A DNA stretch of 64,000 nucleotides from an uncultured delta proteobacterium (lineage in GTDB: Bacteria > Myxococcota_A > Polyangia > Fen-1088), in assembly GCA_963755125.1 (NCBI GenBank), contig CAVWIP010000007.1, forward strand, positions 64,001 through 128,000, in the 5' to 3' direction. Below are positions 31,397-42,046 of this stretch, in pieces. The notes beneath the pieces are model-generated. The model was not told the origin of the DNA. It ran no database searches and saw only the letters and a program-made list of their open reading frames with translations. Numbering within the stretch: position 1 is the stretch's first letter; each line of letters begins with the position of its first letter. The translations under genes were made by a program, and so were the position numbers.

Positions 31397-32347
31397 TCAA
31401 CGCGAGGCGGACGACTCGGCTCCCAGTCTTCGCGGATTGGTTGGAGCGTATGGTGTCGGCTCCCCAGCGATCTCTTGTTGCAGGGCGTGGAGGGCGTCCT
31501 GGCACACCGCCATCGCCTTGCGCTTCTGATCGAGCGAGATGGCGAGCGAGCGTACGTTGGTGTTCTCGCGCGAGAGGGAGAGGATCTGCGCGCGCAACTC
31601 GCCGAATCGCGCGTAGCTAGTCCGGGCGGTCGCCAGATCCGAGTCGGCGCGGAGATCAGGTTGCGCGGCCAGGCTGTCGAGCGCCGCGTGCACCTCGCGA
31701 TCGTCCTTGGCCATCAGGGCCTCCATCTCATCCATCCTTGAGTCGCTCTGCTCGGCGATGTGCGGGGCAAGGCGCGTCTCGAGACGTAAGGCTGCCGCCT
31801 GGGCACCCGCCGCGAGCAGGAGCATCTTCTGCGGCGAGGTTGCGTGCTTGGCGAGAAAGCGTGAAAGAGCCGCGTCCATTTCTTTCGCGGCCTCGGCCGC
31901 CGGGCCGAACGCCAGCGCGAAAGCCTTGATGTTGGTGTTCCTGACCGCCAAGCCGAGCAGATCGTGGTCGATCCGTTGATATTCGGTGAAGCACTCGGAG
32001 AAGCGTGACAGCAGTTCCTTCTCGTTCTGACCGGTACGGACGGAGAGAATCTCGCCCAGTGTCGTGCGCAGGTGCTCGACCTCCACCGTGGCGGTGCGCG
32101 CCTGATCGGCGAAAGCCAGCGAGTCCTGGTCGGTCACGGCCAGAACCGCGCTCTTCTCCGCCTCGGAAGCCGCCGCCAAGGAATAGCGCATGCGTTCGAC
32201 CAAATCGATCTTTCGCGCCTTGAGTTCGATCTGACGGGCTGGGCTGCGTTGGCTCTGGTAGTGGAGAACCACCAGCACCAAGACCAGCATCGCCGCCGCC
32301 CCGGCTCCCATTCGCAGCGAGTCGCTGACTGCGGGCTTGATTTTCAC
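31397..32347 (-). CDS. Membrane-anchored tandem four-helix-bundle (MCP ligand-binding-like) protein with no output domain
   Basis: One N-terminal TM segment. Internal duplication (LLGLAVRNTNIKA / ILSLSRENTNVRS). Starts 20 nt after kdpC. Confidence 0.75.
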   Translation of the reverse strand: MKIKPAVSDSLRMGAGAAAMLVLVLVVLHYQSQRSPARQIELKARKIDLVERMRYSLAAASEAEKSAVLAVTDQDSLAFADQARTATVEVEHLRTTLGEILSVRTGQNEKELLSRFSECFTEYQRIDHDLLGLAVRNTNIKAFALAFGPAAEAAKEMDAALSRFLAKHATSPQKMLLLAAGAQAAALRLETRLAPHIAEQSDSRMDEMEALMAKDDREVHAALDSLAAQPDLRADSDLATARTSYARFGELRAQILSLSRENTNVRSLAISLDQKRKAMAVCQDALHALQQEIAGEPTPYAPTNPRRLGAESSASR

Positions 32348-32367
32348 GATATTTCCCTAGTCTGGAT

Positions 32368-32958
32368 TCAGGGGGTCGGGCCAGTTGCGCCGAACTGACG
32401 GTCCAGCGCCAAGTTGAGCAGCAGCACGTTCACATGCGGCTCACCGAGGAATCCAAGGTCACGACCCTCGCTGTGGTCGTCGACCACCTGCTTAACCCGG
32501 TCGGGCGCTATTCCACGCGCCCTCGCGACGCGCGGGATCTGCCAGGTGGCAGCCTGTGGCGAAATGTGGGGATCGAGGCCGCTGGCCGAGGCTGTGACCA
32601 GTTCCACGGGGATCGGATCGGAGGCCTGCGGGTTCTCACGCGCCAGGCGAGTGGCATCGGCCTGCACGCGCTCGCGCAGCTTGACCGAACTCGGGCCGAG
32701 GTTCGATCCGCCCGAGGCCAGCGGGTCGTAGCCGTTTCCCGCCGCCGAGGGACGGCCCTGAAAGTACCACGGCTTGCTGAACGACTGGCCGATCAATGTG
32801 GACCCAACCAGGTGACCGCCCGAATCGCGAAGCAGGCTTCCCTGCGCGGCGCTGGGGAACAGAACCTGGCCCAGGCCGGTCATCACTAGGGGATACAGCA
32901 GTCCGGTGAGAAACAGGGTGACCGCGGTAGCGCGAAGAGCAACGAGGAAGGTTTTCAT
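32368..32958 (-). CDS. kdpC: K+-transporting ATPase subunit C
   Basis: YFQGRPSA, SGGSNLGP, VTASASGLDPHISP and VNVLLLNLALD. Confidence 0.97.
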   Translation of the reverse strand: MKTFLVALRATAVTLFLTGLLYPLVMTGLGQVLFPSAAQGSLLRDSGGHLVGSTLIGQSFSKPWYFQGRPSAAGNGYDPLASGGSNLGPSSVKLRERVQADATRLARENPQASDPIPVELVTASASGLDPHISPQAATWQIPRVARARGIAPDRVKQVVDDHSEGRDLGFLGEPHVNVLLLNLALDRQFGATGPTP

Positions 32959-32969
32959 GGCGGTCTCCT

Positions 32970-35021
32970 TCAAGTGCGGCCGAAGGCTGCGAGGATCATG
33001 TCGACGAGCTTGATGCCGACGAAAGGTGCGACGATTCCGCCCAGCCCATAGATCAGCATCGAGCGCCGGAACAACGCCGCAGCACCCAGTGGCCGGTACT
33101 TCACGCCTCGCAAGGCGAGAGGGATGAGCAGGACGATGATGATGGCGTTGAAGATGACCGCGGACAGGATGGCGCTCGACGGTGAGGCCAGGTGCATGAT
33201 GTTCAGCGGTCCTATCTCGGGATACACACCGGCAAACATTGCGGGCAGGATGGCGAAGTACTTGGCCACGTCGTTGGCTACGGAAAATGTGGTCAGCGCA
33301 CCCCGGGTCATGAGGAGTTGCTTGCCGACCTCGATCACTTCCAGCAGCTTGGTGGGATTGGAGTCGAGGTCGACCATGTTGCCGGCCTCCTTGGCGGCCT
33401 GGGTGCCGGTGTTCATGGCCACGCCCACATCGGCCTGCGCGAGGGCGGGGGCGTCGTTGGTGCCGTCGCCGGTCATGGCGACCAGCTTGCCCTTGGCTTG
33501 TTCGTCCTTGATCAGGCGCATCTTGGCCTCGGGCGTGGCCTCGGCCAGAAAGTCGTCCACCCCGGCCTCCTTGGCGATGGCGGCGGCGGTGCGCGGGTTG
33601 TCGCCTGTGATCATGACGGTGCGCACGCCCATGGCGCGGAAGCGCGCGAAACGCTCGCGGATGCCGCCCTTTACAACGTCGGTCAGGCGGACCACGCCGA
33701 GCACCTTGGCCCCGTCGGACACGGCCAGGGGTGTGCCGCCCTGGTTCGCAACATCGGCGGCGATGCGTTCGAGATCAGGAGGAATGCTGCTGCCCTTGGA
33801 TTCGACCCACCGCCTGACAGCCTCCACGGCGCCCTTGCGCAGTTGGCGTCCATCGAGATCGCAGCCGCTCATGCGGGTGTGGGCCGAGAAGGGAATGAAC
33901 TGCGCCCCCAGTTCGCTGATGTCGCGTCCCCGCAGCCGGAACTCCTGTTTGGCCAGCACGACGATGGAGCGCCCCTCGGGCGTTTCGTCGGCCAGGCTGG
34001 CCAGTTGCGCCGCATCGGCCAGGGCTTCCGCCGACACGTCGCCGATAGGCAGGAAGGCCGTGGCCATTCGGTTGCCCATGGTGATGGTCCCGGTCTTGTC
34101 GAGCAGCAAGACGTCCACGTCGCCCGCGGCCTCGATGGCCCGGCCGCTCATGGCGATCACGTTCTTGCGGATCAAGCGATCCATGCCCGCGATGCCGATG
34201 GCCGAGACCAGGCCGCCGATGGTGGTGGGAATCAAGCAGACCAGCAACGCCACGATCACGGTTGGCGAGAGCCGGATGCCGGCGTAGAGCGCGAGCGGAA
34301 CCAGGGTCACGCAGGCGAACAAGAACACCAGGGTCAGCCCGACCAGGAGAATGTGCAGCGCGATTTCGTTGGGCGTCTTCTGTCGGGCCGCCCCTTCGAC
34401 CAGGGCAATCATTCGGTCGAGGAAGGTCTCGCCGGGGTTGGACATAATGCGCACCACGATGCGATCCGAGAGCACCTTGGTGCCGCCGGTGACCGACGAG
34501 CGATCGCCGCCCGCCTCGCGGATCACCGGGGCTGACTCGCCGGTGATGGCCGACTCGTCCACCGAGGCCACGCCCTCGATCACCTCGCCGTCGCCGGGGA
34601 TGAGCTGACCAGCCTCGACCACCACACGATCCCCGGCGCGCAGATCAGTGGAGGCCACGCCGTCCTCGCCCCCTCCGTCGCGCAGGCGCCGGGCAGGAGT
34701 CTGCGTGCGCATCTTGCGCAGCGAATCGGCCTGCGCCTTGCCCCGGCCCTCGGCCACCGCCTCGGCGAAATTGGCGAACACCACTGTGATCCACAGCCAG
34801 ACGCTGATCCAGGCGGTGAACCACAGCGGGGCCGCGCCCGCGGGCCTCGCCATCAGGTCCCGCACCACCGTCAGCGTGGTGAGCACGCTGCCCACCTCGA
34901 CCACGAACATCACCGGATTGCGCGCCACCGCGGCCGGCGAGAGCTTGCGCAAACTGTCCCAGGCCGCCTGGCGGATGATGGCCCGATCGAATAGCGACGG
35001 CGCTTTGCTGTGCGATTTCAT
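32970..35021 (-). CDS. kdpB: K+-transporting P-type ATPase subunit B
   Basis: [25 protein letters not shown] and [15 protein letters not shown] coupling with kdpA. Confidence 0.98.
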   Translation of the reverse strand: MKSHSKAPSLFDRAIIRQAAWDSLRKLSPAAVARNPVMFVVEVGSVLTTLTVVRDLMARPAGAAPLWFTAWISVWLWITVVFANFAEAVAEGRGKAQADSLRKMRTQTPARRLRDGGGEDGVASTDLRAGDRVVVEAGQLIPGDGEVIEGVASVDESAITGESAPVIREAGGDRSSVTGGTKVLSDRIVVRIMSNPGETFLDRMIALVEGAARQKTPNEIALHILLVGLTLVFLFACVTLVPLALYAGIRLSPTVIVALLVCLIPTTIGGLVSAIGIAGMDRLIRKNVIAMSGRAIEAAGDVDVLLLDKTGTITMGNRMATAFLPIGDVSAEALADAAQLASLADETPEGRSIVVLAKQEFRLRGRDISELGAQFIPFSAHTRMSGCDLDGRQLRKGAVEAVRRWVESKGSSIPPDLERIAADVANQGGTPLAVSDGAKVLGVVRLTDVVKGGIRERFARFRAMGVRTVMITGDNPRTAAAIAKEAGVDDFLAEATPEAKMRLIKDEQAKGKLVAMTGDGTNDAPALAQADVGVAMNTGTQAAKEAGNMVDLDSNPTKLLEVIEVGKQLLMTRGALTTFSVANDVAKYFAILPAMFAGVYPEIGPLNIMHLASPSSAILSAVIFNAIIIVLLIPLALRGVKYRPLGAAALFRRSMLIYGLGGIVAPFVGIKLVDMILAAFGRT

Positions 35022-36742
35022 CAGAACAACCTCCCGTGCGCGGCCAGAAAGTGCTCGACCACTGGGCCGAGGCACAGGGCCGGGAAGAACGTCAGGGCGC
35101 CGACAATCAGAATCACTGAGATGAGCAGCCCAGTGAAGAGCGGACCATCGGTGGGAAACGTGCCTGGCCCCGCCGGCGCGACGCGCTTCTGCGCCATGAA
35201 CCCGGCGATGGCCAACACCGGCACCATCATCAGGAAGCGGCCGCCCAGCATGGCTAGCCCCATGGTGGTATTCCAGAAGTGCGTGTTGGTGTTCAGGCCC
35301 GCGAAGGCCGAACCGTTGTTGGCGGTGGCGCTGGTGTAGGCGTAGAGAATCTCGGACAGGCCGTGAGGCCCGGCGTTGTTGAGCGAGCTAGTCCCGTAGG
35401 GGCTGACCGCCGCCCAGGCCGCGAAACTGAGGATGATGAGCGGAAACACGAGGACGTAGAGCATTACGGCCTTCATCTCGCGGCCTTCGATCTTCTTGCC
35501 CAGGTACTCGGGTGTGCGGCCCACCATCAGGCCCGCGATGAACACCGAGAGCAGAACGAAGATCAGGATGCCGTACAGCCCCGCGCCCACGCCGCCAAAC
35601 ACGACCTCGCCCAGCTTTAGGTTCACCAGTGGAACCAAGCCACCCAGCGGGGTGAAGCTGTCGTGCATGGAGTTGACCGCGCCGCACGAGGTGCCGGTGG
35701 TAGCCGTGGCGAAGAGGGCGGAGTTGGCCACCCCGAAGCGCACCTCCTTGCCTTCCAGGTTGCCGGCGCTCTGGTCGAGAGGCAGCCCGGCCAGCGCGGG
35801 GTTCGGCCGAGCCTCGGCGGCGTAGGCGCCGAGCACGCCGGCGAGGAACAAGATGGCCATGGCCCCGAATATCGACCACCCCTGCCGCTGTTTGCCCGCC
35901 ATTCGCCCAAACGTGTAGGTCAGCCCGGCGGGAATGGCGAGAATGAGCAGGATTTCCAGGAAATTGGTCAGTCCGTTGGGATTCTCGAACGGGTGCGCGC
36001 TGTTCGCGTTGAAGAAGCCACCGCCGTTGGTCCCGAGTTCCTTGATAACTTCCTGCGAGCCCGCTGGCCCCATGGGAATGATCTGCGCCGCCCCTTCCAA
36101 GCCGGTAATGTGCAGGTATGCGCTCAAGTTCTGGATGATCCCTTGGGAGATCAACACCAGGCCGAAGACCATGCTGAAGGGCAAGAGCAGATAGACGATC
36201 GAACGAATGAGGTCGACGGTGAAGTTGCCCAGTTGCACCGGGTGTCCTTCGCTCGGTCTGCGCGTCAGCCCGCGCGCCAGCACCAGAGCCACCGCGATGC
36301 CAGCGCCAGCAGACACGAAGTTGTGCCAGGCCAGGCCCGCCATCTGGGTCAGATAACTCACGGTCGTCTCGCCGCTGTACGACTGCCAGTTGGTGTTGGT
36401 GGTGAAACTGACCGCGGTGTTGAAGGCGAGGTCGGGAGCCACCGGCCCCAGCCCTTGCGGATTGAGCGGCAGGTGGTGCTGCAAGCGTTGGATGGCGTAG
36501 GTGACCACGACGCCGATGGCGCTGAAGATGAGAAGTGAGATCGCGTACTCGACCCAGGTCTGCTCGTCACCCGGGGATGCGCCGCACAGGCGAAGCAGCC
36601 AGCGCTCGATAGGTGCCAAGACCCGACGTGAGGGGCGCTCGGCGCCTTCGAAAACGCGGTACATGTAATGGCCAAGCGGCTTGGTGACAGCCACCACCGC
36701 CAGGAAAAGCGTCAGAATTTGCAGCCAGCCGTTGAACGTCAC
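35021..36742 (-). CDS. kdpA: K+-transporting ATPase subunit A
   Basis: [34 protein letters not shown] and NNGSAFAGL. Confidence 0.98.
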   Translation of the reverse strand: MTFNGWLQILTLFLAVVAVTKPLGHYMYRVFEGAERPSRRVLAPIERWLLRLCGASPGDEQTWVEYAISLLIFSAIGVVVTYAIQRLQHHLPLNPQGLGPVAPDLAFNTAVSFTTNTNWQSYSGETTVSYLTQMAGLAWHNFVSAGAGIAVALVLARGLTRRPSEGHPVQLGNFTVDLIRSIVYLLLPFSMVFGLVLISQGIIQNLSAYLHITGLEGAAQIIPMGPAGSQEVIKELGTNGGGFFNANSAHPFENPNGLTNFLEILLILAIPAGLTYTFGRMAGKQRQGWSIFGAMAILFLAGVLGAYAAEARPNPALAGLPLDQSAGNLEGKEVRFGVANSALFATATTGTSCGAVNSMHDSFTPLGGLVPLVNLKLGEVVFGGVGAGLYGILIFVLLSVFIAGLMVGRTPEYLGKKIEGREMKAVMLYVLVFPLIILSFAAWAAVSPYGTSSLNNAGPHGLSEILYAYTSATANNGSAFAGLNTNTHFWNTTMGLAMLGGRFLMMVPVLAIAGFMAQKRVAPAGPGTFPTDGPLFTGLLISVILIVGALTFFPALCLGPVVEHFLAAHGRLF

Positions 36743-36751
36743 GACGACTCC

Positions 36752-36841
36752 TCAGAAGCGCTCCGGACGGAGCAAGGCGTAGACCAGATAGACGCCGATG
36801 CCTATGGAAACGGCGCCCCCTAACAGATAGTCGAGCAGCAT
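36752..36841 (-). CDS. kdpF: KdpF peptide (29 aa)
   Basis: Manual translation MLLDYLLGGAVSIGIGVYLVYALLRPERF with the typical YLxYALxxPExF end. SD GAGGAG upstream. Confidence 0.93.
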   Translation of the reverse strand: MLLDYLLGGAVSIGIGVYLVYALLRPERF

Positions 36842-36859
36842 GGTGATCTCCTCGGAGGG

Positions 36860-36943
36860 TCAGAGCCACGCGCAGGCGCGCGTGTAGGCCAAGGCCAGCG
36901 CGAAGAAGGCCAGGGTAGTGAAAAGGAAAACGATGTCGCTCAT
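36860..36943 (-). CDS. 27-aa hydrophobic peptide upstream of kdpF
   Basis: Manual translation MSDIVFLFTTLAFFALALAYTRACAWL. First ORF after the sigma54-type promoter. Confidence 0.75.
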   Translation of the reverse strand: MSDIVFLFTTLAFFALALAYTRACAWL

Positions 36944-36970
36944 GGCGTTTCTCTTCTGGATGAAGGCTAC

Positions 36971-36985
36971 GCATCACTCATGCCA
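36971..36985 (-). promoter_or_regulatory. sigma54 (-24/-12) promoter of the kdp operon
   Basis: Minus strand TGGCATGAGTGATGC (GG-N10-GC). A sigma54 activator gene lies in the same locus. Confidence 0.7.
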
Positions 36986-37008
36986 GGATTCTTGCCAGGG
37001 ATTGCCGG

Positions 37009-37080
37009 CGCAAAGTGCGTCCGTGGCGGGGTTCCGGCCTGCATTGTGCAACCGTGGCCGCCCAGGAATTGCATTGTGCA
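37009..37080. promoter_or_regulatory. Three phased palindromes, candidate enhancer sites
   Basis: CGCA-AAG-TGCG (37009) and TGCA-TTG-TGCA (37040, 37070), spaced 31 and 30 bp. Confidence 0.6.
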
Positions 37081-37195
37081 CGGCAAGCGGCAGGCCCTTC
37101 CGGCGGCAAGCGACCCGCTATCATGGTATTCGGCGCTCGCAAATGGCGCGGCAATTGCACAAAATGGAGGCCCAGCCGCCGCAAGCCCACGATTG

Positions 37196-38359
37196 ATGAC
37201 CCCGAGCCCTCTTCGCCCACGTCCCGAGGACTTTCTGGAACTGGTCCAGAAGGGCAAGCGTGGTCGTCTCAAGCTCTACATCGGTTTTGCCGCGGGCGTG
37301 GGCAAGACCTATCGGATGTTGGAAGAGGCGCACAGCCTGCGCAAGCGGGGCGTGGACGTGGTTGTGGGGTTCGTCGAGTCGCACGGCCGCGCGGAGACCG
37401 AGGCGTTGGTCGAGGGTCTGGAGGTTGTGCCACGGCGCCAGGTCGAGTACCGGGGGGTAGTGGTCGAGGAGATGAGCCTCAACAAGATCCTGAAGCGCAA
37501 TCCAGCGGTGGCCTTGGTCGACGAGTTGGCCCACACCAACGTGCCGGGCAGCCACAACAAGAAGCGCTACCAGGACGTGCTCGAACTGCTCGACGCCGGC
37601 ATCAATGTCATCGCCGCGCTCAACGTGCAGCACCTGGACAGCCTCAACGATCTGGTGGGACGGGTGACCGGCGTGGTGGTTCGCGAGACGGTCCCGGACA
37701 GTTTCCTCAAGCGGGCGGACCAGGTGGTGAACCTGGACCTGGCGGTCGAGGATCTGCAAGAGCGCCTGAGCGCCGGCAAGATCTACGCGGCTGACAAGAT
37801 CCCATGGGCGCTGGAGCATTTCTTCAAGGAGGAGAACCTGACCCACCTGCGCGAGCTGGCTTTGCGCGAGGTGGCCGAGAGCGTGGAGCGCAGCAGCTAC
37901 TCTCATGCGCCCCTGGCCCAGCCGCGCGAGCGAGCCGCCGCGACCAACAGCCGCGTAATGGCGTGCATGTCATCGAACCCACCCCGTGCTGCCATGCTGC
38001 TGCGCCGGGCTTCGCGCCTGGCCGGTCGCTACAACACCGACTGGTTCGTGGTGTACGTGGAAACCCCCGACGAGACGCCCGAGCGCATCGATGCGGAGGC
38101 GCAGCGCCACCTTCTGGCCAACATCGAGAAAGCGCGTGAGCTGGGTGCCGAGGTGGTGCGGGTGCGCGGCGAGGATCCGGTGGACGCCATCCTGGACTTC
38201 GCGCGCTCGCACAGCGTCGGGCACATCATCGTGGGGCGCTCGCATCTGCCGTGGTGGAAGCAGATGCTGGGACGTTCGGTGCCCTTGCGCCTGGTCAAGG
38301 AAGGCGCCGGTTTCGACATTCACATCGTGTCGCTGGCCGAGGACGAGGAGCGGCCGTGA
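37196..38359 (+). CDS. kdpD: Stand-alone KdpD N-terminal sensor domain + universal stress protein domain
   Basis: GRLKLYIGFAAGVGKTYRML, VDELAHTN, NVQHLDSLND and LRELALRE. No TM or kinase domain. Confidence 0.92.
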   Translation: MTPSPLRPRPEDFLELVQKGKRGRLKLYIGFAAGVGKTYRMLEEAHSLRKRGVDVVVGFVESHGRAETEALVEGLEVVPRRQVEYRGVVVEEMSLNKILKRNPAVALVDELAHTNVPGSHNKKRYQDVLELLDAGINVIAALNVQHLDSLNDLVGRVTGVVVRETVPDSFLKRADQVVNLDLAVEDLQERLSAGKIYAADKIPWALEHFFKEENLTHLRELALREVAESVERSSYSHAPLAQPRERAAATNSRVMACMSSNPPRAAMLLRRASRLAGRYNTDWFVVYVETPDETPERIDAEAQRHLLANIEKARELGAEVVRVRGEDPVDAILDFARSHSVGHIIVGRSHLPWWKQMLGRSVPLRLVKEGAGFDIHIVSLAEDEERP

Positions 38360-40224
38360 CCTTCAAGGCCAAGCTCATTCTCGCCCAGGCGCCATTGGCC
38401 ATCGCGCTGGCCCTGGTGGGCGGGATCTCGGCGACCGTGACCACCCGGCTGGGCGAGCAGTCGGCAAATATCTTCGCGGACAACTACCGCAGCGTGCGTG
38501 CGGCGGAAAGGATGAAGGAGTCTCTCGAGCGCATCGGCGGCTTCCCCCTGTTGGTGCTGGCGGGGCACCAGATCAAGTCCGTGGCGGACATCTCCCAACT
38601 TCGCCGCACTTTCGAAAGCGAATTGCGTGTGGAGGAGAACAACATCACGGAACCAGGCGAAGGCGAAGCGGCCGCGGCATTGCGCAGGAGCTGGATGCGG
38701 TATCAGCACGCGCTCGATGAATTTCTGGCCGCCACCACTCTCGAGGCTTGGGATCGTCTGTACTTCGAAGCCCTGTCGCCTGCTTTTGACGAGACCAAGC
38801 AGGCAGCCGACCGGATCCTCGACATGAACCAGGATGCGATTGTGCGCAAGAGCGAGCGGGCGGAGCGAAGCGCGCAGCGATTCCAGCAACTGGTCATCAT
38901 CGCGGTGGCGGCGGCCCTGCTGGGGGGACTTCTGGTTTCCATTTCCTTGACCACCCGTCTGCTGCGACCGTTGCGCGTGGTGGGCGCGGCGGTACGGCGC
39001 TTTGGCCAGGGCGATGTACACGCGCGCGCGCGGCTGCAAGGCCGCGACGAGATTGCGCAACTGGCGGCCGAGTTCAATACCATGGCCGATCATCTGGAGC
39101 GCTATCGAGCCAGTTCCCTGGGCGAATTGCTGCAAACCCAGCAGGCAGCCCAGGCGGCCATGGACGGCCTGCCCGATCCGGTTGTGATGTTGGATGCCGC
39201 TGGCCACGTTCAGGCCATCAACACAGCGGCCAGTCGCCTGCTGGGCATGGATGCCGATCTACGGCCCAAGGATCCGCTGGCCAACGTTGATCCAGCGGTG
39301 CGCTCGCTGCTCGACCGCGTCCGCGCCCATGTGATCGGTGGCCGAGGCACGTACGTTCCCAAGGGATTCGAGGAGGCCTTGCCGGTGGGTGACCACATCT
39401 TCTTGCCACGTGCCGCGCCGATGTATGGCGACGCTGGCGAGGTGACGGGCGTGGCGATCGTCCTGCAGGACGTGACCAAGCTGTTCCATTTCGACGAGCT
39501 GAAAAGCAATCTGGTGGCCACGGTGGCGCACGAATTCCGTACGCCGCTCACCTCGCTGCGCATGGCGATCCACCTGTGTACTGAGGAGGCGGTTGGCCCG
39601 CTCACGGGCAAACAGGCAGAACTGCTGTTTGCGGCGCGCGAGGACTGTGAACGCCTGCAGACCATCGTGGATGATCTGCTCAACCTTTCGCGCATCGAAT
39701 CGGGCAACATCGATCTGCACAAGCGGCGGGTGGCGCCCGAGACGCTGGTGAATCTGGCCCGCGACGCGCACCGCTCCGCCGCGGAAGCACGGCAGATCAC
39801 CCTGTGCTCTGAAGTGGCGCCGGGGTGCCCGGAGGCTTTTGCCGATCCGGATCGCCTGGACCTGGTGTTCAGCAACTTGCTAGGCAATGCCATTCGTTAC
39901 TCAGCGCCCGAGAGTGAAATCGTCGTGCGCGCCATGCCTGAAGTGTCCGGCGCTCCAGCGGGTGAGCCCGACGCGAGTGCGGGTCATTGGATCCGCTTCG
40001 AGGTCAGCGACCAAGGACCGGGCATTGCCCAACAACACCAAGCTGAATTGTTCGAGAAATTCTACCGCGTTCCCGGCAGCCCCCCGGGCGGGTCGGGGCT
40101 GGGCCTGTTCATCGCCCGGGGCATCGTGCAGGCGCATGGCGGCCGCATCGGCGTGATCAGCGAGCCGGGAAAGGGCGCAACCTTCTGGTTCACCGTGCCG
40201 GCAGCTCCGGATCTGACGGCGTAG
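38356..40224 (+). CDS. Sensor histidine kinase (periplasmic helical domain-HAMP-PAS-HisKA-HATPase), KinB-like
   Basis: Two TM segments, AHEFRTPL, NLLGNAIRY, DQGPGI and GSGLGL. GTGA overlap with kdpD. Confidence 0.93.
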   Translation: MTFKAKLILAQAPLAIALALVGGISATVTTRLGEQSANIFADNYRSVRAAERMKESLERIGGFPLLVLAGHQIKSVADISQLRRTFESELRVEENNITEPGEGEAAAALRRSWMRYQHALDEFLAATTLEAWDRLYFEALSPAFDETKQAADRILDMNQDAIVRKSERAERSAQRFQQLVIIAVAAALLGGLLVSISLTTRLLRPLRVVGAAVRRFGQGDVHARARLQGRDEIAQLAAEFNTMADHLERYRASSLGELLQTQQAAQAAMDGLPDPVVMLDAAGHVQAINTAASRLLGMDADLRPKDPLANVDPAVRSLLDRVRAHVIGGRGTYVPKGFEEALPVGDHIFLPRAAPMYGDAGEVTGVAIVLQDVTKLFHFDELKSNLVATVAHEFRTPLTSLRMAIHLCTEEAVGPLTGKQAELLFAAREDCERLQTIVDDLLNLSRIESGNIDLHKRRVAPETLVNLARDAHRSAAEARQITLCSEVAPGCPEAFADPDRLDLVFSNLLGNAIRYSAPESEIVVRAMPEVSGAPAGEPDASAGHWIRFEVSDQGPGIAQQHQAELFEKFYRVPGSPPGGSGLGLFIARGIVQAHGGRIGVISEPGKGATFWFTVPAAPDLTA

Positions 40225-40226
40225 TC

Positions 40227-40358
40227 GCGTGGGGAGCCGGCGAGCAAAGCTCGCCGCGGACCATCGCGGGAGGGTTTGGCGAGGCCGAGCGAAGCGAGCG
40301 GGGAGGAGGCGGCGAGTGGGGGGCCGAAGGGCGAAGCGAACCCTTTGAGGGTTCCCAT
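40227..40358. repeat. Dispersed palindromic element, copy 2 (between convergent stop codons)
   Basis: GCGTGGGGAGCC-GGCGAGC-AAA-GCTCGCC...GAACCC-TTTGA-GGGTTCCCAT. Confidence 0.9.
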
Positions 40359-40366
40359 TGCTGTAG

Positions 40367-41722
<1,356 letters not shown>

Positions 41723-42046
41723 GGTGGAGACAGTATAGCGCCCTGCTGCGATGGGGCCCCACCGCGACTTGAAACGTGAGCGGCGAAGCTGACGCCGCAT
41801 GCGCCTGAAGTGACCCCGGTTCCGATAGCCCTCCACCAGGTAACGGCACGCGGACAAGCCGAGCGGACCCGCTCTCTTCGCGCGGGCAGCCGGAGAAAGC
41901 CCACAGTGACTGGTCACCGATGAGCCGCGCCTCGCGGTCTGCTGCGACCCCCAGAGAAGCCCATTTTCGCCTGTACTTCTCGTCTCCGATGAACGACACT
42001 TCGTATCGCTTGTCGACCGTCGACATGATGGGTCGACGACTCGAAT

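Noticed and set aside
36986..37000. Second sigma54 promoter (minus strand TGGCAAGAATCCTGG)
   Set aside because: It has GG rather than GC at the -12 position.
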